From: an uncultured cyanobacterium
GTDB lineage: Bacteria > Cyanobacteriota > Cyanobacteriia > Cyanobacteriales > Nostocaceae
Length of the DNA: 64,000 nucleotides
Reading direction: 5' to 3'
NCBI GenBank assembly: GCA_963706595.1
Contig: OY970166.1
Span: forward strand, 4,512,001-4,576,000
Position 1 is the stretch's first letter. Each line of letters begins with the position of its first letter. The notes beneath the pieces are model-generated. The model made no database searches, was not told where the DNA came from, and worked only from the letters and a program-made list of their open reading frames with translations. This document shows, one piece after another, positions 11,678 to 21,161 of this stretch. Made by a program: the position numbers and the translations under genes.

Positions 11678-11872
11678 ATGGCTAAGAGTAAAGGTGCGCG
11701 TATAATAATGACACTCGAATGTACAGAGTGTCGGACTAACCCAGACAAGCGTTCTCCTGGTGTTTCCAGATATACCAGCACCAAGAACCGTCGCAACACG
11801 ACCAACCGTGTAGAACTGAGAAAGTTCTGTACACACTGCAACAAACATACTGTTCACAAGGAAATTAAGTAA
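11678..11872 (+). CDS. rpmG: 50S ribosomal protein L33
   Basis: [18 protein letters not shown]...[11 protein letters not shown]...[19 protein letters not shown]. Confidence 0.97.
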   Translation: MAKSKGARIIMTLECTECRTNPDKRSPGVSRYTSTKNRRNTTNRVELRKFCTHCNKHTVHKEIK

Positions 11873-11874
11873 AG

Positions 11875-12090
11875 ATGAGTTACTATCGTCGTCGCCTGTC
11901 TCCCATTAAGCCAGGAGACCCCATTGATTACAAAGATGTTGATTTGTTGCGTAAGTTTATCACCGAACGGGGCAAAATATTACCACGTCGGATTACTGGG
12001 CTTACCTGTAAGCAACAGCGAGATTTGACATTAGCAATTAAACGGGCGCGGATTGTGGCATTATTGCCATTTGTTAATGCGGAAGCTTAA
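11875..12090 (+). CDS. rpsR: 30S ribosomal protein S18
   Basis: [26 protein letters not shown]...[13 protein letters not shown]. Confidence 0.97.
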   Translation: MSYYRRRLSPIKPGDPIDYKDVDLLRKFITERGKILPRRITGLTCKQQRDLTLAIKRARIVALLPFVNAEA

Positions 12091-12104
12091 GAAAAAGTCA
12101 CTCA

Positions 12105-12283
12105 ATTTTGGATTTTAGATTTTAGATTTTAGATTGACTTCATACCTGAAGGTAGATGCTCAAAATCTAGAATTTAGGATTTGGGATTTGGGATTTTAAA
12201 TTTGTGCCATGAATTAAATCAGTGGCTTCAAACCTGTTTAAATTTTGATTTTTCAATCCAAAATCCAAAATTTAAAATCTAAA
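12105..12283. repeat. STRR-type heptamer tracts (TTTTAGA/TTTGGGA and inverted TCCAAAA) downstream of rpsR
   Basis: Tandem TTTTGGA/TTTTAGA units with complementary AATCCAA/AATCTAA units. Confidence 0.7.
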
Positions 12284-12364
12284 ATGAGGTGATGAGTTAA
12301 GAATCAAAACTCCTAACTCTGAACTTAAAACTATAAAAAATGTTCACCAATAATTGCGAGAGTT

Positions 12365-14449
12365 GTGGATAAGGGTACGCTAGTTGAATTTAGGGTTCAA
12401 GGCGACAATCCTGCGGATAGGCTACGCCAACGCCGTCTGGGAGTAGTAGACCGCCCGGACGGCAAAACCCGTTGGTTTGTGGTAGATGAACGTGGTCAAT
12501 CTCACAGCCTCGCGCCTAGACAAATTAGTTATACAGTTAACGGACAAACCTATAAACCCTCGGAAATTAGCAGTTTTCAAGGGCAGGTTCAACCTTATAT
12601 AGATCCCTCTAGTCTGGAAGTAGCTTGGGAATTACTGGTTGAGGATGGAGAAACAGTCACGCCAGCCCAAATGGCGACTCTGCTGTTTTCCGAATCAGAA
12701 GCGGCTGCTTGTTATGCTGCCCATTGCTTGTTATCAGAAGACAAACTGTATTTCAAGCAAAAAGGAGAAGCTTATGAACCACGAACGGCGGCGCAGGTAG
12801 CAGAACTCAAACACCAGACAGAAGTCAAGGCACTGAAAGCCAAGGGACAAGAGGAATTTTTATCTCGCGTAGAGCAAGCCCTCCAGGGAGAAGCGGTGGA
12901 ATGGCAACGCCACGACCGCCAGCGATTAGAAGCACTGGAAAAATACGCAGCATTGCTGGCTGATGTGGTGCGAATGGGAGTAAATTATGATACTCTCGCC
13001 CGTGCCTATCCGCCGCCAGCCCCAGTGTTAGAAACAATGAATATGCTGGGTCGTCCGGCAACTCCTCCAGGAGCCTTTCAGTTATTAATAGACTTAGCTT
13101 GGTGGGATGCCCATGAAAACTTGTTTGTGCGTCGTTCGTCAATTCCGGTTCAGTTTCCTAGCAAGGTATTAGAAGTGGCGCAACAGCGTTTGGATTTCCC
13201 CCCAACTGACTTAGATACAAATCGCCTAGATTTGTCTCATTTAAAGGTCTATACAATTGATGATGAAAGCACTACGGAGATAGACGATGGTCTAAGTTGG
13301 GAATTACTTCCAGATGGGCGAGAACGGTTATGGGTGCATATTGCTGATCCTACCCGGTGGTTAGTGCCAGACGATGAATTAGACCTGGAAGCCAGAAAAC
13401 GGGGCAGTACAGTATATTTACCGACGGGCATGGTTCCCATGTTCCCGGAATTATTGGCAACTGGTCCCATGAGCTTGGTACAGGGAAGGATTTCTTGCGC
13501 CTTGAGTTTTGGGGTGGTTTTAGATGAAACTGGGTGTGTGGAAGATTACACCATTCATCCTAGTTTTATTAAGCCGACTTATCGCCTCACCTACGAAGAT
13601 GTGAATGAGATGTTGGAATTGGGTGTGGAAGCAGAACCAGAAATTGAGGCGATCGCTAACTGGGCAAAGCAGCGCAAATCTTGGCGGTATAATCAAGGAG
13701 CCATCAGTATCAATATGCCGGAGGCGACGATCAAAGTCAAAAATGACCAGATCGATATTGATATTTTAGATGATTCCTCATCACGGCAATTGGTAGCAGA
13801 AATGATGATTATGGCGGGTGAAGTAGCCGCCCGTTATGGTCAAGCTCACAATATACCTCTGCCCTTTCGTGGTCAACCCCAACCAGAATTACCCCCAGAC
13901 GAAGAATTACTTTTACTCCCAGCCGGATTTGTTCGCTCCTGCGCCATGCGTCGTTGTATGCCCAAGAGTGAAATGAGTATCACGCCTTTACGCCATGCTG
14001 GTTTAGGTTTAAATACATACACTCAGGCAACTTCCCCTATTCGCCGTTACAGTGACTTACTGACTCACTTCCAGTTAAAAGCCCACTTACGGGGTGAGAG
14101 TTTGCCCTTTACAGCCGACCAACTCCGAGAAGTGATGATGACAGTCACCTCTACCACCCAAGAAGTGACAATGGTAGAACGGCAAACTAATAGATATTGG
14201 GCTTTAGAATATTTGCGCCGTCATCCCGACCAAGTTTGGGACGTGACAGTGTTAATGTGGCTACGAGAAGACAGCAACTTGGCACTAATTTTATTAGAAG
14301 ATTTAGGCTTACAGTTGCCGATGTTCTTTAAACGTTCTGTAGGATTAGGAGAACAGGTATTAGTCAAAGTTAGTCACGCTGACCCGCAAAAAGATATGAT
14401 TCAGTTTCAGGAAATCATTTATCAAGAAAGCCATCAAGCAACAAATTAA
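12365..14449 (+). CDS. Ribonuclease II/R (RNB domain) exoribonuclease
   Basis: YTIDDESTTEIDDGLS, VHIADP, TVYLP, HAGLGL..YTQATSPIRRYSDL. Confidence 0.92.
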   Translation: MDKGTLVEFRVQGDNPADRLRQRRLGVVDRPDGKTRWFVVDERGQSHSLAPRQISYTVNGQTYKPSEISSFQGQVQPYIDPSSLEVAWELLVEDGETVTPAQMATLLFSESEAAACYAAHCLLSEDKLYFKQKGEAYEPRTAAQVAELKHQTEVKALKAKGQEEFLSRVEQALQGEAVEWQRHDRQRLEALEKYAALLADVVRMGVNYDTLARAYPPPAPVLETMNMLGRPATPPGAFQLLIDLAWWDAHENLFVRRSSIPVQFPSKVLEVAQQRLDFPPTDLDTNRLDLSHLKVYTIDDESTTEIDDGLSWELLPDGRERLWVHIADPTRWLVPDDELDLEARKRGSTVYLPTGMVPMFPELLATGPMSLVQGRISCALSFGVVLDETGCVEDYTIHPSFIKPTYRLTYEDVNEMLELGVEAEPEIEAIANWAKQRKSWRYNQGAISINMPEATIKVKNDQIDIDILDDSSSRQLVAEMMIMAGEVAARYGQAHNIPLPFRGQPQPELPPDEELLLLPAGFVRSCAMRRCMPKSEMSITPLRHAGLGLNTYTQATSPIRRYSDLLTHFQLKAHLRGESLPFTADQLREVMMTVTSTTQEVTMVERQTNRYWALEYLRRHPDQVWDVTVLMWLREDSNLALILLEDLGLQLPMFFKRSVGLGEQVLVKVSHADPQKDMIQFQEIIYQESHQATN

Positions 14450-14566
14450 CTGTTGGGAATAATGGGGAGATTAATACTTCGTTAATGACTAAAGCATCAG
14501 AGTTAGTTTTACAGATAACAAGCTGATCAGGCTGGTTATTTGTAAAATAATCTAAAATTCTTTAGT

Positions 14567-14806
14567 ATGAGGAATTGTCAGATGAACGCTCATAAAATCG
14601 AAGTTATTTTAACTGAATATGGAACTTTGACATTGCAAGGTTTACCCTTTCATGCTGGCGAAGCTGTGGAAGTAATAATTTTGTCAGCTAAAACGCTACA
14701 AAATCAAGCAGATAAAAATCTTTATCCTTTGCATGACACACAGCCATATCAGTATGATGACCCCACAGAAACTGTTGCTTTAGAAGATTGGGAAGTTTTG
14801 CAATGA
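14567..14806 (+). CDS. Small antitoxin-like protein
   Basis: GTLTLQGLPFHAGEAVEVIIL and acidic C-terminus (YDDP..VALEDWEVL); stop overlaps the ATG of a PIN-like remnant. Confidence 0.55.
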   Translation: MRNCQMNAHKIEVILTEYGTLTLQGLPFHAGEAVEVIILSAKTLQNQADKNLYPLHDTQPYQYDDPTETVALEDWEVLQ

Positions 14807-14820
14807 TTGTACTTGACACT
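14803..14820 (+). pseudogene. Truncated VapC/PIN toxin start (MIVLDT)
   Basis: ATGA overlap with the upstream gene; MIVLDT is a typical PIN N-terminus; similarity is lost immediately afterwards at a REP palindrome. Confidence 0.45.
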
Positions 14821-14905
14821 ATTTACAAGCTTCTGGACAAAAAAAATGTAGAGACGTTGTATACAACGTCTCTAGAAAAATTAATCTAGGAAAAATATTG
14901 TAACT

Positions 14906-15079
14906 CAATACTGTTCGGTTAACAATATTTGCACATTGGAGATCCCCCTAAATCCCACTTCTGAAGGGGGACTTTGAGGACTTTAGCCCCCCTTTTCCTA
15001 CGCCGAAGGCGCGTTTAGGGTGGTTGGGGGGATTGCCTACGGCACGCTACGCGAACAAAACCTTAACCGAAAAGTATTG
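14906..15079. mobile_element. TIR-bounded MITE-like element containing REP hairpins
   Basis: CAATACTGTTCGGTTAA ... TTAACCGAAAAGTATTG inverted ends. Confidence 0.6.
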
Positions 15080-15087
15080 TATTTCAA

Positions 15088-16689
15088 TTAACTAGCGATC
15101 GCCTCAGTTTTTTCCTCAACTTTTTTAGCCGGTACGGGTACATAAGGTTCTTCTTTTCCTTGTGCCAAATATGCAGCCACCTGGCTTTCAATTTGCTCGC
15201 GGACAATTTGGCGATACTCTAGAAAATGCTCGTTGTGAGCGCAGACAGAGATATAATGCTCCAGCACTCCTGGGTTACGCTTGAGGATACTAAACAAGTG
15301 ATGCCAGAATTTCCAGCGAGTCTCGCGTTTAATACCTTGTCGCCAAATTACGATCAGTAACGCCTTCACAACTATCCATTCCGGCATTTTGGAAGGTGCT
15401 TTCCATTTTGGCAAACCCATCATCAAGAAACAGCGATAGGTACGATCCAAATAGTTGACAGGATCATATAAAGTGCAGAACGCCTCAATATATTCTCTGC
15501 CAATATCTTCTAAAGGACGGGTAGGAAGAAAATTCATCAACGTTGTTTGGTTGATGTTACCATCTTGATTTTCCCGCAGTCGTCCTTCTCTTTTCAGACG
15601 ATGCCATAATGCTGTGTTGGGTAAAGCTTGCAACATGGCGAAGGTAGTAGAGGGGATTCCCGCTTCTTCTGCAAATTTGACAATGCGATCGCCTGCACCT
15701 GCTTTTTCGCCATCAAACCCAATAATAAACCCAGCCATTGGCCGCAATCCAGCCTTAATAATGGTTTGCACTGCATCGGCGAGGGAACTGCGGGTATTTT
15801 GAAACTTCTTCGTTAATTGCAGACTATCTTCATCCGGGGTTTCAATACCTAAGAACACCGCAGAGAAGCCAGACTCAACCATCAATTCCAGCATTTCTGG
15901 ATCTTGTGCCAAATCCACAGAAGCTTCAGTATCAAAGCGGAAAGGATATTGATGTTCTTCCATCCAGACTTTCAACTCTCTCAGCAACAATTTCACATTG
16001 CGCTTGTTACCAATAAAGTTGTCATCCACCATAAACACACCCCGCCGCCAACCCAACTCATACAGACAATCTAACTCTGCTAATAGTTGTGCAGGGGTTT
16101 TGGTGCGTGGCTTGCGTCCGTAGAGAACAATAATGTCACAAAATTCGCACTGGAAAGGACACCCACGCGAAAACTGTACCGACATCATGTCATAAGCATT
16201 CAACTCTAATAAATCAAAGCGGGGAATTGGTGTACTGGTGACATCTGGTTTCTCTGTGGCGCGGAAAACACCAGAAGTTTCACCCCGTTGTAGTGCCTCA
16301 ATAAACATGGGTAGGGTGAGTTCCCCTTCATCGAGAATCAGGAAGTCTGCACCGACATTTTCCACTTCATGAGGGACAGAAGTAGGATAAGGACCACCCA
16401 CAGCAACTAACTTACCACGTCGTTTTGCCTCTTGAATTTGCCCTAACAAATCTTCCTTCTGGACAATCATCGCGGACAGAATTACCACATCTGCCCAAGC
16501 CCATTCTTCTTCCGTGATGGCGCGAATGTTGCGGTCAACCAGCTTGAACTCCCATTCTTGGGGCAGAATTGCCGCTACGGTCACTAAACCCAAGGGTGGT
16601 AACAAAACCTTGCGATCAACTAACTCTAGGATTTTCTCATAAGACCAAAAGGTTTTGGGAAATATTGGATATACCAGTAAGATTCGCAT
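15088..16689 (-). CDS. B12-binding radical SAM protein (DUF4070-type C-terminus)
   Basis: LPPLGL, VGGPYPT, SRGCPFQCEFC (CxxxCxxC), VDDNFIGN. Confidence 0.9.
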   Translation of the reverse strand: MRILLVYPIFPKTFWSYEKILELVDRKVLLPPLGLVTVAAILPQEWEFKLVDRNIRAITEEEWAWADVVILSAMIVQKEDLLGQIQEAKRRGKLVAVGGPYPTSVPHEVENVGADFLILDEGELTLPMFIEALQRGETSGVFRATEKPDVTSTPIPRFDLLELNAYDMMSVQFSRGCPFQCEFCDIIVLYGRKPRTKTPAQLLAELDCLYELGWRRGVFMVDDNFIGNKRNVKLLLRELKVWMEEHQYPFRFDTEASVDLAQDPEMLELMVESGFSAVFLGIETPDEDSLQLTKKFQNTRSSLADAVQTIIKAGLRPMAGFIIGFDGEKAGAGDRIVKFAEEAGIPSTTFAMLQALPNTALWHRLKREGRLRENQDGNINQTTLMNFLPTRPLEDIGREYIEAFCTLYDPVNYLDRTYRCFLMMGLPKWKAPSKMPEWIVVKALLIVIWRQGIKRETRWKFWHHLFSILKRNPGVLEHYISVCAHNEHFLEYRQIVREQIESQVAAYLAQGKEEPYVPVPAKKVEEKTEAIAS

Positions 16690-17229
16690 ATAGTATTAAT
16701 CCTCACACTGTGATTGTTATCCCAACTTTAACGAAAATTAAGACTTATTGACTTTTTCTTAAATTTGCTTCAGTTTACCGTGATTTTTTTGACTTGGCAA
16801 TTATACTACAGTGACCTGATAGCCAAGTTTTCTGTTCCAATCAAGAATTTAATTATTGCAGAGGTTGTTTGGAATTGTAGGCGATCGCATTCAGCCTGAC
16901 CTAGTAACCACTCACTCATAGCACATTATTTGACATTTTTGCTCAGAAAAATTAGATACTTACAATAAGTAATAGCATTATTTGGTTACAAAGAGCGTTA
17001 TGAAACGCGAAGCTTAAACAATCGGTTTTTTCCATCTAAACTGCTTGCCAAAGCCAGAAAGCTCAATGAAAGTAGCGAATCATTTAATGATTTAAGCTGC
17101 TGTGCTTACTTGTGGAAAATAGCGTAAATATAGCAACCGCTAAGGTGATTTTGGGTAATTTGTCAAACATGATGTGATTTCCTTTTGCTAAAAAACCTGA
17201 CATTAAGGAGGTAAAGTTCAACTTACGTC

Positions 17230-17258
17230 TTGACATTGTTGTATTAATCTTCTAAACT
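17230..17258 (+). promoter_or_regulatory. Sigma70-type promoter of the QueC-like operon
   Basis: TTGACA-N17-TAAACT upstream of the GGAGGT RBS (17285) and ATG 17297. Confidence 0.6.
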
Positions 17259-17296
17259 CGTTGTATAAGCAGGGTTTCAGCATTGGAGGTCGAACC

Positions 17297-17920
17297 ATGC
17301 CTGACGGGGATATATTTCACGGGCTTTCAGGACTTTATCAGAAGCCATACAGAATCCTGTGTGAAGGAAAGTTTGAGCGCAACGAATGTGCCAGGATAAT
17401 GATGGAAGCCTTTTTAAAGGATCTCAAGAGGAAAGGTGCTGCTGCTATTGTGTTAGCCAAGCAGATGGGAGAACTCCTAACCCAAGAAATTCAAGACTCT
17501 GGTAATAATGAATCTATAGTTTGGGGCGATTTAAATAAAAAACTTGATAGATTCGTACAAACAGCCAACATACCAAATCGAACTAAGTCACTTGTCCTTG
17601 ATGCTGGAAAAAGTATTCTCCATGATTTACGTTATGGCCAGCAATTTGAAACCAGCACGATTGCAGAGGCTATAACAGAAGGATATATGCAAAAAGTGTA
17701 TGTATCAGAATTTGAGGGACGAATTCCACTCATTCCCAATCACCACGAAAAATTTGATATTTTAACTTTTACAGAGCGTGCAGAAGCAATAAGGAAAGAT
17801 ATTTTTGACCAGATCAGTAAATGGGCAAAAAAGGCGAATATAGATGATGATGTAGCCAAGCTAAAACGAAGTCGGCGATCGCAAGTTAAAGCAATAGACC
17901 TTGAGGAGGATCTGCTATGA
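17297..17920 (+). CDS. Hypothetical helical protein, first gene of the QueC-like operon (QatB position)
   Basis: GGAGGT RBS then MPDGDIFHG; stop overlaps the next ATG (ATGA). Confidence 0.75.
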   Translation: MPDGDIFHGLSGLYQKPYRILCEGKFERNECARIMMEAFLKDLKRKGAAAIVLAKQMGELLTQEIQDSGNNESIVWGDLNKKLDRFVQTANIPNRTKSLVLDAGKSILHDLRYGQQFETSTIAEAITEGYMQKVYVSEFEGRIPLIPNHHEKFDILTFTERAEAIRKDIFDQISKWAKKANIDDDVAKLKRSRRSQVKAIDLEEDLL

Positions 17921-19362
17921 ACAACAGACCTTCGCTTCAGCAAAAATCTTATGAAAGTGATTACAGCGATTACACTTTGCATTTTCAAGCTGTGTCTAAT
18001 AATTATGGATCTGTGCTGTTTGTTGATCACTCTCAGAATAAGAAGCTAACTGTTGGTATTAATGTAGATGATATAGAGTTCAAATATAGGGTTAAGGAAG
18101 AGTTTCCAGCTATTGCTGCGGATCTCATTGACCTTGCTGTTGCAATCTATACTTCAGATCGTCTTGCACCTCAAAGTCTTACAGAGAAGCAGCGCCGCTT
18201 TCATGTGATCCTGCCAGTACGTCATCCAGAATTGCTGAGTGCTGAAACATTTCTCACAAAACTAGATGACTTGCTGAAATGGACAACTGATAGCGAATGG
18301 GTTTTCGACTTCCGAAAACGGATTGCGCCAGAACGCTTAGTTGAACACCCATCTCTTTCCATAGCGCCCCAAGGATGTGAGGTGACTTTATGGAGTGGTG
18401 GACTTGATGCTCTCGCAGGTTTGTACACTCGCCTTCTGAAGTATCCAGAAAAAAAGTTCGTTTTGTTTGGAACTGGCAGCAACAATAGTGTATATGCCCG
18501 CCAGAAAAGAGTATATGAGAAAATTGAATCTCTCTTCCCTGGTCGTTGCAATCTTTTCCGCGTCCCTGTCCGATTTGATCATAGTAGTGAGCAGCACAAA
18601 AACAAGCTTTCCCGTGCAAGGGGTGTTGTCTTCACTCTCCTTGGTGCTGCGTGTGCATACCTTATGGGGCAACAAATTCTTTATCTGTATGAAAACGGAA
18701 TTGGTGCAATCAACCTTCCATATCGTGAATCGGCTGTGGGGTTGGATCACTCTCGTTCTGTTCATCCTCTGACTTTGCTGATGGTAAGTGATGTTGTTTC
18801 TGAGCTTTTAGGAGAAGATTTTCAGGTAAAAAACCCATTTTTGTTTTGGACTAAAGCCGAAATGTGCAAGGCATTGGCTAAAAATGGGAGAGAGGATTTA
18901 CCACCTTTCACTATGTCCTGTGACAGTCCACATCGTCAAAAGCCAGTTCAATGTGGTTACTGCTCCTCTTGTATTTTAAGGCGACAATCTCTTGCAGCCA
19001 GTAGCATAAAAGATAGAACTCGCTATGTTGTCTTGCATGGAAAGCGTCCAGAGAAAGATCCGAGTTTATGTTTCCTGAATATGCAGGCACAGGTTCGCAC
19101 TCTTGACTCTTTGTTTACTGTCTCAGATACAACTTGGAAAAATCTGACTAAAAAGTTTCCTGATCTGGATGACATTGTTGATCGAACTGCTTTAGCAGAA
19201 AATTTATTGCCTGCTGATATGCGAATTCGTCTAATTCAACTCTATCAAAATTACGTTTCCGAATGGAATGCTGTGGAATCGCAGATTGTAGAGGGATTAT
19301 TAAATAAAGGTAGTTATCATAAGGCATCTAGCAGATACGTAGTCTCATCTCAACAAGGTTGA
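17917..19362 (+). CDS. QueC/QatC-like PP-loop enzyme (7-cyano-7-deazaguanine synthase superfamily)
   Basis: SGGLDA PP-loop, ENG, SRSVHP, NPFLFWTKAEM, SC...CGYCSSCILRR zinc site; N-terminal DLIDLAVAIYTSDR...LPV...W.F.F extension as in QatC-type proteins. Confidence 0.82.
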   Translation: MNNRPSLQQKSYESDYSDYTLHFQAVSNNYGSVLFVDHSQNKKLTVGINVDDIEFKYRVKEEFPAIAADLIDLAVAIYTSDRLAPQSLTEKQRRFHVILPVRHPELLSAETFLTKLDDLLKWTTDSEWVFDFRKRIAPERLVEHPSLSIAPQGCEVTLWSGGLDALAGLYTRLLKYPEKKFVLFGTGSNNSVYARQKRVYEKIESLFPGRCNLFRVPVRFDHSSEQHKNKLSRARGVVFTLLGAACAYLMGQQILYLYENGIGAINLPYRESAVGLDHSRSVHPLTLLMVSDVVSELLGEDFQVKNPFLFWTKAEMCKALAKNGREDLPPFTMSCDSPHRQKPVQCGYCSSCILRRQSLAASSIKDRTRYVVLHGKRPEKDPSLCFLNMQAQVRTLDSLFTVSDTTWKNLTKKFPDLDDIVDRTALAENLLPADMRIRLIQLYQNYVSEWNAVESQIVEGLLNKGSYHKASSRYVVSSQQG

Positions 19363-19374
19363 GGGATAAACATT

Positions 19375-20584
19375 ATGGCTACCAACATCCTGGATAACAT
19401 CGACCTACGGATATTGGGTGAACTGCTGCAACAAGCACGGAAAAAGTGCGGGATGACTCAGGCTGATGCAGCTAAGGTGATTGATGCTGCACGTACTACT
19501 GTGATTGCTATTGAGAAAGGAGAACGCCGTCTCAAAGCAAATGAACTGATTAAACTTGCTCGTGCCTACGGACGTTCAGTGAGTGATTTCGTGCGATCGC
19601 GTCCTGTGGTACAACCTTTTGAGGTACAGTTTCGGGCAGTCTATCAACGCAGTCAAGAGCAACAGGCACAAATTGAGCCATTCATCCTTCATTTAGAGGA
19701 ATTGTGCCAAAATTATCTAGAACTTGAGAAGATTATGGACGCACCACTGCCGCATAATTATCCTCTTGAATATGAGGTAACAAATATGCCCATCAAGGCA
19801 GTCTGCGGAAAGTATAGCAGTTGCAGAGCGTCAACGGCTAGGACTGGGAGATGCGCCCATTTCCAGACTGCGGGACGTTCTAGAGCAAGATGTGGGTTTA
19901 CGTATCTTCTATTTGAAGATGCCACAAAAATACTCAGAAGTGTATAGTTACAACGAACAACTCGGCGGTTGCATGGCAATTAACGCCAATCACCCAGAGG
20001 AGCGGCGACGTTGGTCAATGGCGCATGGATACCTTCACTTTCTAGCACATCGACAAAAACCTGAATTTCACTATGATGGACAGTATCAAAGATTTCCTGA
20101 AAGTGAGCAATTAGCGGAAACTTTCCCCAAATATTTCTTAATGCCGACAAGTGGATTGCTCAAGCGGTTTAATGATATGTATCGTACACATGGCAAATTC
20201 ACTCCAACGAATTTGTTTACACTCGCTCATTACTACGGTGTTTCTGTAGAAGCACTTGTTTATCGGTTAGAAGAAATGGAACTTCTGCCTTCAGGAACTT
20301 GGGATAAATTACGAGATAGAGGTTTAAAAGTTAGAAAGGTACAGGAAGAACTTGGCTTAGAACAAATCCCCCAAAGGATTGATATGATGCCACTTCACTA
20401 TCAACATTTGGCAATTGAGGCATTCGATCAGGGTTTGATTACTGAAGGGCGTTTTGCTGATTTCCTTTGTGTTGACCGCTTAGAAGCCCGTCGCATTGCC
20501 GAAGCATTACGAGAGTATTCAAGCGGAATGATGGAGGAAGATACAGATTTTGATTTGCGACAAATAGAGATTGGTGGAAAGTGA
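19375..20584 (+). CDS. XRE-HTH fused to ImmA/IrrE (DUF955)-like peptidase; +1 frameshift at ~19802
   Basis: MTQADAAKVIDAARTTVIAIEKGER HTH; RRRWSMAHGYLH, E..A..F..YFLMP, YYGVSVEAL; removing one base gives IKAAAESIAVAERQRLGLGDAPI, joining the two ORFs. Confidence 0.8.
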
Positions 20585-20593
20585 GGACAATTT

Positions 20594-21154
20594 ATGCAAA
20601 TTACTCACTCCCACGTTCTTCTTGATGCTTGCTGTATTCTCAACTTTTGTGCTTCGGGTAAATTTCTGGAAATATTGAAATCTATTCCTGCTGAAGTTGT
20701 AGTGACTACAGTTGTACAAGAGTACGAGTTAAAAACTCTGCAACGGTTGAAGGATGAGGATAACGAGGGTGCAATTCAGTTTCAGGAAGCTATTAAACAA
20801 GGTCTACTACTGGTTGTAGATTTTGCATCAGCAGAAGAGGAAGAATTATTTGTCAACTATGCTGTGAATCTTGATGATGGTGAGTCTGCAACTTGTGCGA
20901 TCGCAGTTTACCGCAAATGGGCGATCGCAACTGATGACAAACGAGCGATCGCGGTTTTTCGACAAACAGCCCCAGACTTGCAAATTTTATCAACTCTAGA
21001 TATCATTAAACATTGGTCAGAGTTCTCAATGGTTGATTTGTCAGCACTAAGTAATGTACTCAATGCAATTCGGTTTAAGGCTCGGTATTTACCACCCAAA
21101 AGCCATCCTCTCCGCAGTTGGTGGGAAGCTGCTTTAACCGAAATTGAACTGTAA
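20594..21154 (+). CDS. PIN-domain protein (putative ribonuclease)
   Basis: LLDACCILNF, VQEYE, LDDGESATCAIA, IATDDKRA acidic tetrad. Confidence 0.8.
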   Translation: MQITHSHVLLDACCILNFCASGKFLEILKSIPAEVVVTTVVQEYELKTLQRLKDEDNEGAIQFQEAIKQGLLLVVDFASAEEEELFVNYAVNLDDGESATCAIAVYRKWAIATDDKRAIAVFRQTAPDLQILSTLDIIKHWSEFSMVDLSALSNVLNAIRFKARYLPPKSHPLRSWWEAALTEIEL

Positions 21155-21161
21155 TTTTTAT

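Noticed and set aside
17917..19362. Housekeeping queC of queuosine biosynthesis
   Set aside because: About twice the usual length, with a QatC-like N-terminal extension and no que genes nearby
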